A stretch of DNA of 20,000 nt, from the NCBI GenBank assembly GCA_026025075.1, contig JAPEUI010000008.1:245548-265547 (forward strand), in the 5' to 3' direction. The position numbers were made by a program, and so were the translations under genes. A model generated the notes under the pieces. That model made no database searches and was not told the DNA's origin. It was given only the letters and a program-made list of their open reading frames with translations. Below are positions 11,109-20,000 of the stretch, piece after piece. Origin of the DNA: Vezdaea acicularis. Taxonomy: Eukaryota. Position 1 is the first letter of the stretch; each line of letters begins with the position of its first letter.

Positions 11109-13452
11109 CTAAGTGCATGGGCACACGGTGACAGTGACACCGACGTACGATGTCTGCAGATCCATACCGCTCATGCGACCCATGGCCGGCCCAGCTGTCT
11201 CAAGGGCACCGGGGTTCTCGCTTGCCAAGGCGGTAGGTGCGTCACCGAGAGTAGTCAGGTTGTCATCCGTGCTGAGGGGTTGCGTTGTTGAGGCAGTAGC
11301 GGAGACAGCGTCTACCGTAGTGGCAGTGCCGCTGCTAGATGAAGATGCAGATTCGGCAAAGACAGCAGGTGTTTTGTAAGGACTGGTTGTGGAGTCGGTA
11401 CAAGTGGTGCTCGTCGTGGCATCTGCGGTTGAACTGGAAGTGGCGGGAGCCGTGGATGCGGACTCGGCGAATACACCAGGGGTCTTGGCCGCGCTGGTGG
11501 AGTCGGAGTCGGTACAGGAGGTGCTTGTTGTGGCGTCCGTCGTGGTGGGGGTTGAGCGCTCAGCGAACATTGCTGGCGGCTTTGAAACGCTAACTCCATC
11601 TGTTGAGGATGTAGAAGTGCTAGTTGAGTTACCAGTACTTGTAGTGCAGGTACTGGAAGAGCTCGAACTGGACGTGGTGATAGACGAGGTGCTGGACAAG
11701 GGGTCTACTGCAGGGGACTGGGGGTCTGCTGTAGTAGCCGAGGTGGCCGTCGAGCTATCGGAAGAGCTTGAGGTCACAGAGGTGGCCGCCGAGGTGCTGG
11801 TAGACACCTCGGAGCTTGTGGAGCTACTGGACGAACTCGAGGACGTCGATGATGGTGTGGACGTTACGGAGGTGCTAGATGACGCCGAAGAGCTCGATGA
11901 AGTGCTCGACAAGCTAGAGGATATCGAGGAACTGCTTGAGCTAGCTGAGGTGCTGGGAGACGTTGAGGAGCTTGTAGAAGAGCTAGATGAGCTGGAAGAA
12001 GTAGAAGAGCTGGTAGAGGAGCTGGTAGAAGTCTTCGACGTGGACGTCGAGGTAGTTGAAGAGGTGGTTGAAGACGATGTAGAGGTAACGCTCGAGGTAG
12101 TCGATGTGGTCGAGGTGGTAGAAGTGGTCGAGGTGGTAGAAGTTGACGTGCTGGATGTTGTAGATGTCGTGGACGTCGTCGATGTTGTCGAAGTCGAAGT
12201 GGTCCTAGAGCGCACTCTCAGCATCTTCTATAACAGGACTTCTTCTAAATCTTTTCACTAACTTCGCTGGCGCAGCGCCCTGGGTGTACACCTTCAGCGA
12301 ATTCACGGACCAATACGCATCGCTAAATGCGCTGGGGTTGTTAGCAACATAGGCTTGGCAATCCCCATGTTGAGCGCCACTAGAAGTTGCGTGTCAGCCA
12401 CTGTTCGCATAAGATTCGGAAAGAGCAGAAGGCTAACCAGGCACCACTGTTAAAGTCTGCACCAGCCCAGTCACCACAGAAGGTAAGGTCAAAGATCTAA
12501 AGAGTTAGCTGTTGGGCCAATTAAATGTGCGCAGGGCTTATTCACCATCTGATGATTCTGGAAATGCTGGTCAATGTTGCAATCGCCCTGAAGGTTGGCG
12601 GCAGGAGTCCCCCAGGAAGCAGGGTTTGGGCTGGGCCCGTTGATATCTCCGGGCGCACTTCCGCGAGGGAAATAGTAAACCCTGATATAATCAGAGGTCC
12701 ATTCCATAGCGTAGGTGCCCCCTTTTCCAGCGTTAAAGCCACTGTAGGATTCTGGATTAGGGTCGACAACGCCGCACCCGGTGTTAGTGCCTTGTCCAGC
12801 GGCATTGATGTCGCAATTTCCAGTCTTCAAGGTCCCGCTTTGGCCAGAGCCTGAGATGGAACACCCTGGGGTTGTATGAGCAGATACAAGATCTGTAGCC
12901 TGGAGGTTGACGCCTTCCAGAATATCGATCTCGCCATGGCCAGGCCAATTCCCATCGCCTAGCGTCCACCAAGCCGGCCATGTGCCACAGATGCCACCAG
13001 GCATATGCTCAAGATCAAGAATGAAAAGTCCGTGTTGGTATCTAGCATTGCTGTAAAGACGCGTGCTAGGTCTTCCGGAACTAGACGCAACGTTGGTATG
13101 GTCGGCGCCGAAGGTGATACCTGACGCATTGCTAGCAAGCCCGTTGCTGAATGCGTAACCCTTATCAACATATCTGAACAGTAAATGTCAATATCGGTTA
13201 GGAGCGCATAGAAAGGGGTCTGATATACTTCACAAAACCATGGGTTGGGTCGGGTTCCTGGAAAGGTGGTCAGCCATACAACATTCACCCATAAACCCCT
13301 CACGCTGGACATACGGTGTCAAAACTCATCATATCAAAGAAGGTTTCCTGGTTGTAGTCATCTTTGAGGGTATAAACAGTCTGCTGCATCGAGCGCGAGA
13401 CTATGCCGAAAAGCACGAGGCCAATACTCAGAAGGATTGATGAGCTCGGCAT
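11109..13452 (-). CDS. Secreted glycoside hydrolase family 16 endo-1,3(4)-beta-glucanase (fungal Lam16A/Mlg1-like) with ~365-aa Ser/Thr-rich tail, 688 aa, complement(join(11109..12204,12263..12379,12438..12496,12546..13173,13229..13257,13315..13452))
   Basis: Signal-peptide-like N-terminus MPSSSILLSIGLVLFGIVSRSMQQ, then YTLKDDY, DPTHGFVKYVD, HMPGGICGTWPAWW, catalytic GEIDILEG (ExDxxE), GGTYAMEWT, IFDLTFCGDWAG and AYWSVNSLKVY. Five GT-AG introns (57, 55, 49, 58, 58 bp) give a 2067 nt in-frame CDS. Confidence 0.93.
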
Positions 13453-13583
13453 GATGAATAAAAATCAAAGGTAAAGAATGACAAGTAAGGAGTGACTGAG
13501 CAACAGCTCGACGTTGAATTTGGATCTTAAGGAAAGTGAGGACGTCTTGGCTACATTCTCTAGTGAATGTGGCGGCTATCATC

Positions 13584-13589
13584 TATATA
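13584..13589 (-). promoter_or_regulatory. Putative TATA box of the GH16 gene
   Basis: TATATA (minus strand TTATATAGAT) about 130 bp upstream of the ATG at 13452. Motif match only. Confidence 0.4.
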
Positions 13590-15125
13590 ATGGGGCTCCA
13601 TTATTCCTTGGAAGCCGGGCCATTTCGGCTTGTCCAGTAATCTCAGGTGATCCAGCTTTCGCATCGAAGGGCTTTCCATCGCTGTGTGAGAGTCCTACTC
13701 CAGGAATGTAGCAACCCCGGCTCCGCGAGTCCTCATCAGCCCCACGCGGAGGTCCTTGTGAATTACCTCCCGCATGTAGGGCCACAGAAACGTTTGCCAT
13801 CAAGCTTGTGCTACGTCTTGAGCAGGAAGACGCGATCAGTGGCGCCAGACCCAGATGAAAGCGCGAAGAGTTCGGTGGATGAAGAGCAAATCATATGCTA
13901 GAGGTTGCTGGTCAAGGAGAGGCTAGCGCCCAAAAAGGATAAGCGGATGGCAGTGGTCAGGGCAGAGGCAACCTCTGGGTGGCGCCGAAGCTCCAATGAC
14001 ATCGCTCATGTGGCTCCCCGCGACGTGATTAGCTTATTTATATGTCAGGGATGGCAAGGCTTCATCTTGGTAGCGATACAGCACTGACCGCAGCCTCTTC
14101 AGATTGTTCGGCCTTCTCATCCCTTCCCCGGCGTATTAAGGTAGGTGATATCAGATGATCCCGACAGTAGGGGTCGGATCTCGCCAATCGCAAGCCGAAA
14201 CCAAACAGGTTCAGCTCAAACTTCAAACGCGAGCGGAAAAACCTAGCCTTGCAGGATATATGGATGGCGGGCCTTCTGATTAATGAACGGCAAGATCTCA
14301 GAGATCATCGGAAACTCCGGCCGACGACCGAGATTTGCTTGCCGGCATGTGTATCCTCATCGCCCAAGTCCCAGAGATGGCCCTTACGTCGTAAGATTGC
14401 AGTAAGTGTAAATGGACCATCAACTTCCTTGTCTCTTTAGAGACCAGCCGTTCCTCTTGAGCTGTCCTTTGCACCTATCGCTAGGTGCGAGATAGCGATC
14501 GAATCCTTCTCTCTCCTTGAAAGCGTCCAATTGCTAGCCGTGCTCGGAGAACTTTTCATGAGTTTGCGATCCGATAGTCCTCTTGACGCGAAACCAGGTG
14601 GGCGCCTTTCCGCAGGACGCGAGCTGCGAAGTCTCTTGCACGACCTTCCCAATTTGCCGTTATCGTCCCGCAATTTTTGTGCGAGAACCCGCAGTGGTCT
14701 CGCCATATCTCCTTTCAATTGCCAAAGTGAAGTGGGGAAGAATTAGGATTTTATGGTTTAAAGACAGATTCTCATTGGACGCCTTATTCTAAAAGGATAT
14801 TGTGAGAAGTCATCTATCTCATAGAAGGCTGGCCACATCGCGAACAGTCGGCCCAAACTCCAAAATGATTGTCCATATCATGTGAGGCTATCCGTGCGGA
14901 TAGTAGGACACGTTACCGAGGTCTCTACAGTTTACCCAAGACAGTCCAGCTGTCCGCCAAGCTTCTTACTATAGAGCTTGGATCACCACCTTCTGCCAAA
15001 GTTCAGCACCAGGCCTCTCGTGAAAGAACGCAATGCGGGGTTCGTCGACATTGGCGAGCGCCTTGAAGGCGAAAATGCCTCAAGGCGAATCATATCTCGT
15101 CCGGGCTGAGGAAACGAGGATGCGA

Positions 15126-15130
15126 TATAA
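15126..15130 (+). promoter_or_regulatory. Putative TATA box of the small secreted protein gene
   Basis: TATAA (context GATATAAG) about 100 bp upstream of the ATG at 15228. Motif match only. Confidence 0.35.
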
Positions 15131-15227
15131 GCACAGTACCATGGTGTTGTGTGTCTGAATTCAGGTTGGGCATGATCACCGCCTTCTCTCGCGTCTCCTT
15201 TGCGTGCTACAGTCGGGTCCCAAGGCC

Positions 15228-15845
15228 ATGTTTCTCCACTCTCGTGCCCACATCTCCTCTCTCCTTACTATCCTCGCTCTTTCCCTCCTTTCCCATTCCA
15301 AGGCAGACGGCCCTGTACGCTGCTTTGGCGAGCTTCCTCCCGCGCCATGGGGCTCTCCCTCCTTTAACTTTGGCTTCAACGAGTTTCCCCTGACAAAAGC
15401 CGACTTCCCCAGCGGCCTCGATCAGTTCTGCAGCCGCGACAGCCACGGGCCTAATGTGGGAGCCTACTGTAATAACAACAAAGTACCAGCGGAAGTCAGT
15501 ATCGACTATACCATGATGGATTTGCGTGTCTTGAACACGGCAACGGCTCGGTGGTGCCGTCGTTGGTGCGCCTGCTACATAAAGCGTGATGATGACCATA
15601 GGCAACTCCAGATCGTTGGGTCGAGTCTCCCGATATATTCCTCGAGTCAACTAGGATCGACACTGAAATGGCGGAAAAAGTCAAGCGCTGGATATAACAC
15701 ACGAGCAGGGAGAGAAACCACGAACGGAAACGGCCTCCGAAAAGAACAGCTACGAGTGCAATGTGCCTGGCACGAATCGAATGAGTATGGTGGAGCGCTA
15801 TCCCGTCGACCATTACCGTTTTGCGCGAACTTCGAAAGTCCCTAG
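15228..15845 (+). CDS. Hypothetical small secreted cysteine-rich protein, ~205 aa (effector-like; family not recognised)
   Basis: ATG in a good context (GCCATG) and a hydrophobic signal-like segment ISSLLTILALSLLSHSKA. Six Cys lie in the next ~90 aa (ending WCRRWCAC), followed by a KR dibasic site and 2 more Cys. A TATA-like motif is upstream and AT-rich 3' sequence follows at ~16000-16200. The 3' structure is uncertain, as no intron was identified. Confidence 0.6.
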   Translation: MFLHSRAHISSLLTILALSLLSHSKADGPVRCFGELPPAPWGSPSFNFGFNEFPLTKADFPSGLDQFCSRDSHGPNVGAYCNNNKVPAEVSIDYTMMDLRVLNTATARWCRRWCACYIKRDDDHRQLQIVGSSLPIYSSSQLGSTLKWRKKSSAGYNTRAGRETTNGNGLRKEQLRVQCAWHESNEYGGALSRRPLPFCANFESP

Positions 15846-16219
15846 ATGGAGTGAACGACCTCCGCGCCTGTTTGGTCGCTCATGGCTGAGCGAATGCCTC
15901 CGCGTGTTCTGGATGGGACGCTCGTCCTCCGTTGCTCTACCGGCTTTCCTCGTATTACCCGTCCTAATAAAGGCTTTCGCCTTCTTCATCCAGTATAACT
16001 GAATATCCACTTATCTATGATAGCATGTATTTGTCCATACTTAATTTCTGGCACACATAATATAATCATCTGTATATTAGCAATTTAAACCGTAGCATTA
16101 CCAAGGGGGGGGTTGGTGCCCTACCCATGCTACGAACGCATCGCATTGAAGATCCATAGAAACGAATAAATGTTACTACAGTAAAGATACATTATTCTAA
16201 TGCAACTATGTAACTTGCT

Positions 16220-17579
16220 CTACTCCGCCACCCACACAGCCGCCATGCCCATTCCCGTCCCCACGCACATACTCGTAACGCCCACCCGCTCCCCCCTCCT
16301 CCTCAGCTCCGTCAGCAGCGTGCTCACTTGCCTCGCTCCCGTGCACCCAAGCGGATGTCCAAACGCAATTGCTCCTCCCTTCGGATTGACTTTATTGATG
16401 TCGATCCCGAGCTCGCGCACGCACCACACGCACTGACTTGCAAATGCCTCGTTGATCTCAAAGATATCGATGTCGTCCTTCGTGATATTGGCCTTGGCCA
16501 GCGCGACGGGAATTGCTTTCCAGGGCCCGATGCCCATGAGTAGAGGCGGCACGCCTACGATGGACGCGCTTACGTACTTCCCGATAATTGTCTGGCCTAG
16601 CCGTTCGGCGGTGCTGCGCTTCATCAGCAGCACCGCTGCCGCGCCGTCTGAGATCTGACTCGCGTTCCCGGCGTGTATCGACCCGTCCTTTGCGAACGCT
16701 GGCTTGATTTTTCCCAAACTCTCGGCTGTGATACCTGGTCTGATCCCATCGTCTTTCGATACGGTGATTTCCTTCGTCTCGCCGCTCTTGGGATCCTCGT
16801 ACTTGACCGTCAGGGGCACGATCTCCGCATCGAACAACCCCTCCTGTTGCGCTTTCAGCGCCTTCTGATACGAGCTCGCTGCGAACGCATCCTGGTCTGC
16901 GCGGCTGATGTGCCGATCTTTTGCCATCTTCTCTGACAGCACGCCCATGGGGACTTTACAGTTCTTCGCCTCTGGGTGGCTCTCCAGCAGCTCCGAGAAC
17001 TCTGTCACGGCCTGCGGTCCATACTGCAGGCTCATGCTCTCAACGCCGGCCCCGACGCCGATCTCGATCATGCCAGTCTTTATCTCGTTCGCGATATCCA
17101 CGCATGCTTGTAGTCCGGAGCTGCATTGTCGGTTCAGGGCTTTCAAGGCGGTGGTGGTAGGAAAGCCGGCGACGAGGGCGGCGGCGCGGAATTCCGTCGC
17201 GCCACCGCCGGGAGGGAGGACGCTGCCGACAGCTATGTCTTCTACAAGGGAGGGGTCGATTTTGGAGCGGGAGATGAGGGCTTTCAGCGCGCCGGCAAGG
17301 AGGTCGGACGCGGCGGTGTCTTTGAAGCCGCCACGGCCGCCTTTGGTGAATGGAGTGCGGAGGGAGGCGGTTATGACGACCTGGGAAGGGTTAGAGTGGA
17401 GCTTTTGGAGATATCTCAGGTCAAAAACGTACATCATCGGGGTGCTTCTCTAGAAGTGCCTCACGGCCAGATCTGGGGCTGCTGAGGTGTGTGGCAACTT
17501 GGGACAAGCGTTGGGCGGCTGCATCATATGTCAGTGTGGGGGGGTCTACCAAGATTAGTAGGTTCTTACCTCCAGACAT
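16220..17579 (-). CDS. POT1: Peroxisomal 3-ketoacyl-CoA thiolase (beta-oxidation), 418 aa, complement(join(16220..17380,17433..17518,17570..17579))
   Basis: Thiolase catalytic motifs NRQCSSGLQ (nucleophile Cys), FEINEAFA, GGAIAFGHPLGCTG (His) and SMCVGTGMG (second Cys). Spliced N-terminus MSGAAQRLSQVATHL contains a canonical PTS2 (RL-x5-HL). Introns 17519..17569 and 17381..17432 are GT-AG. Filamentous fungi have paralogues, so the symbol denotes the family. Confidence 0.95.
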
Positions 17580-17713
17580 GATGAAAGATATAGGAAGAGG
17601 TACGAAGGTAGATTGGATTGCAAGTATGGAGGTGTCTTCGGAGGATTGCTTGAGTATGTGGGGAATTGGGGGAAGTCGTCAGCTTTTGATGCTGTTCCCG
17701 GTGTTCTGCGCAA

Positions 17714-17775
17714 CCCCGGACTTTCGTGAGGAATGTCCCCACGTGAGCCGTACCTCGGCATGGGCGTCCGCCAAT
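17714..17775. promoter_or_regulatory. Thiolase promoter motif cluster: FarA/FarB(CTF1)-type CCTCGG, CreA-type SYGGRG x2, CCAAT box
   Basis: CCTCGG at 17753..17758; minus-strand CCGGGG at 17714..17719 and GTGGGG at 17737..17742; CCAAT at 17771..17775. All lie 135-200 bp upstream of the thiolase ATG. CCTCGG is the known fatty-acid-response element upstream of beta-oxidation genes in Aspergillus. Confidence 0.55.
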
Positions 17776-18593
17776 CAGAGCAAGCTCCGATTTCTAGTAT
17801 TGGCTTTCACATGCCGGTACTCGATCAGCAGATGCTAAAGGGTTAGCAAAGACTTCTCCGTGTACTCCGAAATGGTCTTGGTAATGAGAAGTGAGAGGGG
17901 ATCGAATCTTGTAAGGGTTTTACAACACCATGCAGCGGCTTCTGAGAAAACCTCGCGAGACGTCGAGACCAACCATCGGCACTGCCAAGCAAGAAGCTGC
18001 CCAATGCATAGAACTTCCTAATAATTGTACGCGTGGTAAATAAATACCTTAGATATGTCTCTTATTACCCTTCTTGCCAAATCGCGTAATCAATGGTGTG
18101 AAGTCACTCGGAGACCAGTCTCGACAAATGTTTGCCCTAACCTCGATTGTCTTGAAGACGGATCACAGCCAGAAATGCATTTCCTCTTCCAAAAAATTGG
18201 TAAAGTCATCATAATTCACCGGTGCAACTCAAGACGCTCGAAAAAAACAATTCTGATTAAGCCTCCATCATTCTAAAACCCACTGCCAAACTAACAGACT
18301 TCGGTGATTGAGCTGGCTGGGGTCAGAATAGTTGAAGAAAGGCGTTTAACCGATTTCCTGACCCAACGCGCATTCCAACTCAACACGCGCTTTTGCGACG
18401 CTTTGCGAGGTATGCGCCTCAAGACCCTACCGGCCAACCACGCAAAATATTCATTGAAAACTTATAAACTTATTAGATTATATCAAGGAACAGATGATAG
18501 TATATTGCATGATATCAATAAATTCCCAAATATCCCGCATGTATGCTGCAATGCAATTCAATCACCCTTGGCATGCGGTTTTTCGTAAGCGAG

Positions 18594-18677
18594 TGCCTTT
18601 AGGAATAGGTGGATGGTAGCCCTTCGACCGCCTATTCGTAAAGGCATGAGCCGTTAGCGAGCTATTAGCTACCGGCT
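18594..18677. repeat. Two adjacent inverted repeats (hairpins) bordering the tandem array
   Basis: Hairpin 1: TGCCTTTAGGAATAGGTGG (18594..18612) pairs with CCGCCTATTCGTAAAGGCA (18628..18646), giving 17 Watson-Crick pairs, 1 G-T pair and 1 mismatch, with a 15-nt loop. Hairpin 2: AGCCGTTAGC (18649..18658) pairs with GCTACCGGCT (18668..18677) at 9/10 positions. Confidence 0.8.
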
Positions 18678-18682
18678 TGCCT

Positions 18683-19195
18683 GCGCTTCAAGCGCTCGAA
18701 GCCTGGGGCAGCCGGCTTCACCCCGGGGTCGCTGGGGCGCTCCCGCAAGCGCTTGAAGCGCTCAAAGCCCCGGGCAGCTGGCTTCGCTCCGGGCTCGCTG
18801 GGGTGCTACTTCAAGCGCTTGAAGCGCTCAAAGCCTCAGGCAGCTAGCTTTGCTCCGGGCTCGCTGGGGCGCTACTTCAAGCGCTTAAAGCGCTCCAAGC
18901 CTAGGGCGGCCGGCTTTGCCCTGGGCTTGCTAGGGCGCTTCCGCGAGCGTTTGAAGCGCTTGAAGCGCTCAAATTGCCACGCAGCTGGTTTCGCTCCAGG
19001 CTTGCTGGGGGTTCTGCTTTAAGCGTTTAAAGCGCTTAAAGTCCAGAGCGGCCGGCTCTGCTCTGGGCTTACTAGAGTTCTATTTTAAGCACTTGAAGCG
19101 CTTAAGCCTGGGGCGGCTGGCTCTGCTTTGGACTAGCTGGAGCGTTCCTATAAGCATTTTAAGTGCTTTAAATGCCTAAAATTTAATACATTCAT
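18683..19195 (+). repeat. GC-rich tandem array of a 66-bp unit (~7 copies plus a degenerate eighth), left arm
   Basis: Units start at 18746, 18812, 18878 and 18944 (exact 66-bp spacing), then 19020, 19086 and 19151, with a first copy before 18746. Typical unit: CAAGCGCTTGAAGCGCTCAAAGCCCCGGGCAGCTGGCTTCGCTCCGGGCTCGCTGGGGTGCTACTT (44/66 GC). Confidence 0.95.
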
Positions 19196-19668
19196 TTTTG
19201 TAATATGTTTATTAAATCAAAAATTTTAAATCTTTACGCAATTGCAGTTTTGCTTATACTTAATATTTTAATTGCTTCAACTATTCTAAAAATATTAAAT
19301 TAATTATGATATAATATGTATCAATATGAACTGTATAAAGTTTTAGGTGTTGCGGATAAAATAAATGAACGCATCTATTAAATCTAATTGATTCATGTTT
19401 TAATTATCTTTTAAATATCAAATTGCAAGGAATTTTTCAAAAATGTTAGTATTAGTTATTTTCAAATATAAATTGTTTTATTGCTCCAAAAAAATTCTTG
19501 ATAAAATCGTACCAATGTTTTTCTATTAATTATTTTCATCAATATCTAACAAGATTTTAACTATTTTTATCAATTATTTTTACTTTTAATATTAGATTAA
19601 TTAATTTAGGAATTAATAATATTAAAATACTAAAATATTCTATTCAATAATTAAAAATATTTTTTTAG
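19196..19668. other. AT-rich non-coding core between inverted repeat arms
   Basis: Hand count gives 78 G+C in 460 bases (19201..19660), about 17% GC, versus roughly 50% for the rest of the window. No ORF lies within it. Confidence 0.9.
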
Positions 19669-20000
19669 CAGTGCAAAAGCTCAAAATCGGCAATTTGAGC
19701 GTGAATAGCATTGCGCTTTAAGCGTTTCAAACGCTTGAAGCGCTCATAGGAGCGCTCTAGCAAACTCAATGAGAAGCCGGCTGCCTGGAGCTTGAAGCGC
19801 TTAAAGCACTTCAAGCACTCTTGAAAGCGCCCCAGCGAGCCCAGGGCACAGCCGACTGCTTTGGGCTTCAAGCGCTTGAAGCAGCGCTTGCTGCAGCACC
19901 CCAGCAAGCCCGGAGCAAAGCCGGCCGCCCCAGGCTTGGAGCGCTTCAAGCGCTTGTGGGAGCGCCCCAGCGAGCCCGGAGCGAAGCCAGCTGCCCGGGG
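19669..20000 (-). repeat. Same 66-bp-unit tandem array in inverted orientation, right arm (truncated by window edge)
   Basis: The reverse complement of 19965..20000 is identical (36/36) to 18768..18803. The minus-strand unit 19956..19891 is a full 66-bp copy, and about three more degenerate copies follow towards the core. Confidence 0.95.

Larger units (their letters stand above)
18594..20000. mobile_element. Putative non-autonomous Foldback-like (modular long-inverted-repeat) element
   Basis: Long inverted arms built of tandem sub-repeats around an AT-rich interior match the architecture of Foldback-class elements. No transposase is present, and the right terminus and target-site duplication are not visible, so mobility is inferred only. 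Confidence 0.4.

Noticed and set aside
11389..12261. 290-aa Val/Glu/Leu/Asp-rich plus-strand ORF
   Set aside because: Antisense mirror of the Ser/Thr codons of the GH16 tail.
16220..17437. ORF-track start MMYVFDL... for the thiolase
   Set aside because: It runs through intron 2 (17381..17432). The spliced start at 17579 restores the PTS2 signal.
8967..17579. Biosynthetic gene cluster made of the aminotransferase, GH16, secreted protein and thiolase
   Set aside because: There is no backbone enzyme (PKS, NRPS, terpene synthase), transporter or regulator, and the genes are functionally unrelated primary-metabolism or cell-wall genes.
18753..19949. ORFs 18753..19022 (+) and 19665..19949 (-) with 22-aa repeats (KRLKRSKPRAAGFAPGSLG...)
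   Set aside because: They arise because the unit length (66) is a multiple of 3. They lack ATG starts, the left one breaks down in the inner units, and they point into the AT core from both sides. The DNA-level palindromes explain the pattern better than a protein does.
18683..20000. CRISPR array or telomeric repeat interpretation of the tandem array
   Set aside because: The context is eukaryotic, the units are contiguous with no unique spacers, there are no cas genes, and there are no TTAGGG-type tracts.

Overview
Fungal (filamentous ascomycete-type) genomic DNA, with short GT-AG introns carrying CTAAC/CTGAC/CTGAT-type branch sites. Six protein-coding genes can be built by hand, each giving an intact reading frame: an F-box/leucine-rich-repeat protein (+), V-ATPase V0 subunit a (vph1, +), a PLP-dependent class I/II aminotransferase (+), a secreted GH16 beta-glucanase with a long Ser/Thr tail (-), an unrecognised small secreted cysteine-rich protein (+) and a PTS2-bearing peroxisomal 3-ketoacyl-CoA thiolase (-). 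The most unusual part is the last ~1.4 kb, which is non-coding and runs off the window. It has two adjacent hairpins, then a GC-rich tandem array of a 66-bp palindrome-rich unit, then a ~83% AT core of about 450-500 bp, then the same array in inverted orientation. The units decay by C>T/G>A changes towards the core. This looks like a Foldback-type element or a compact centromere/origin-like structure; its function cannot be established from the sequence alone.
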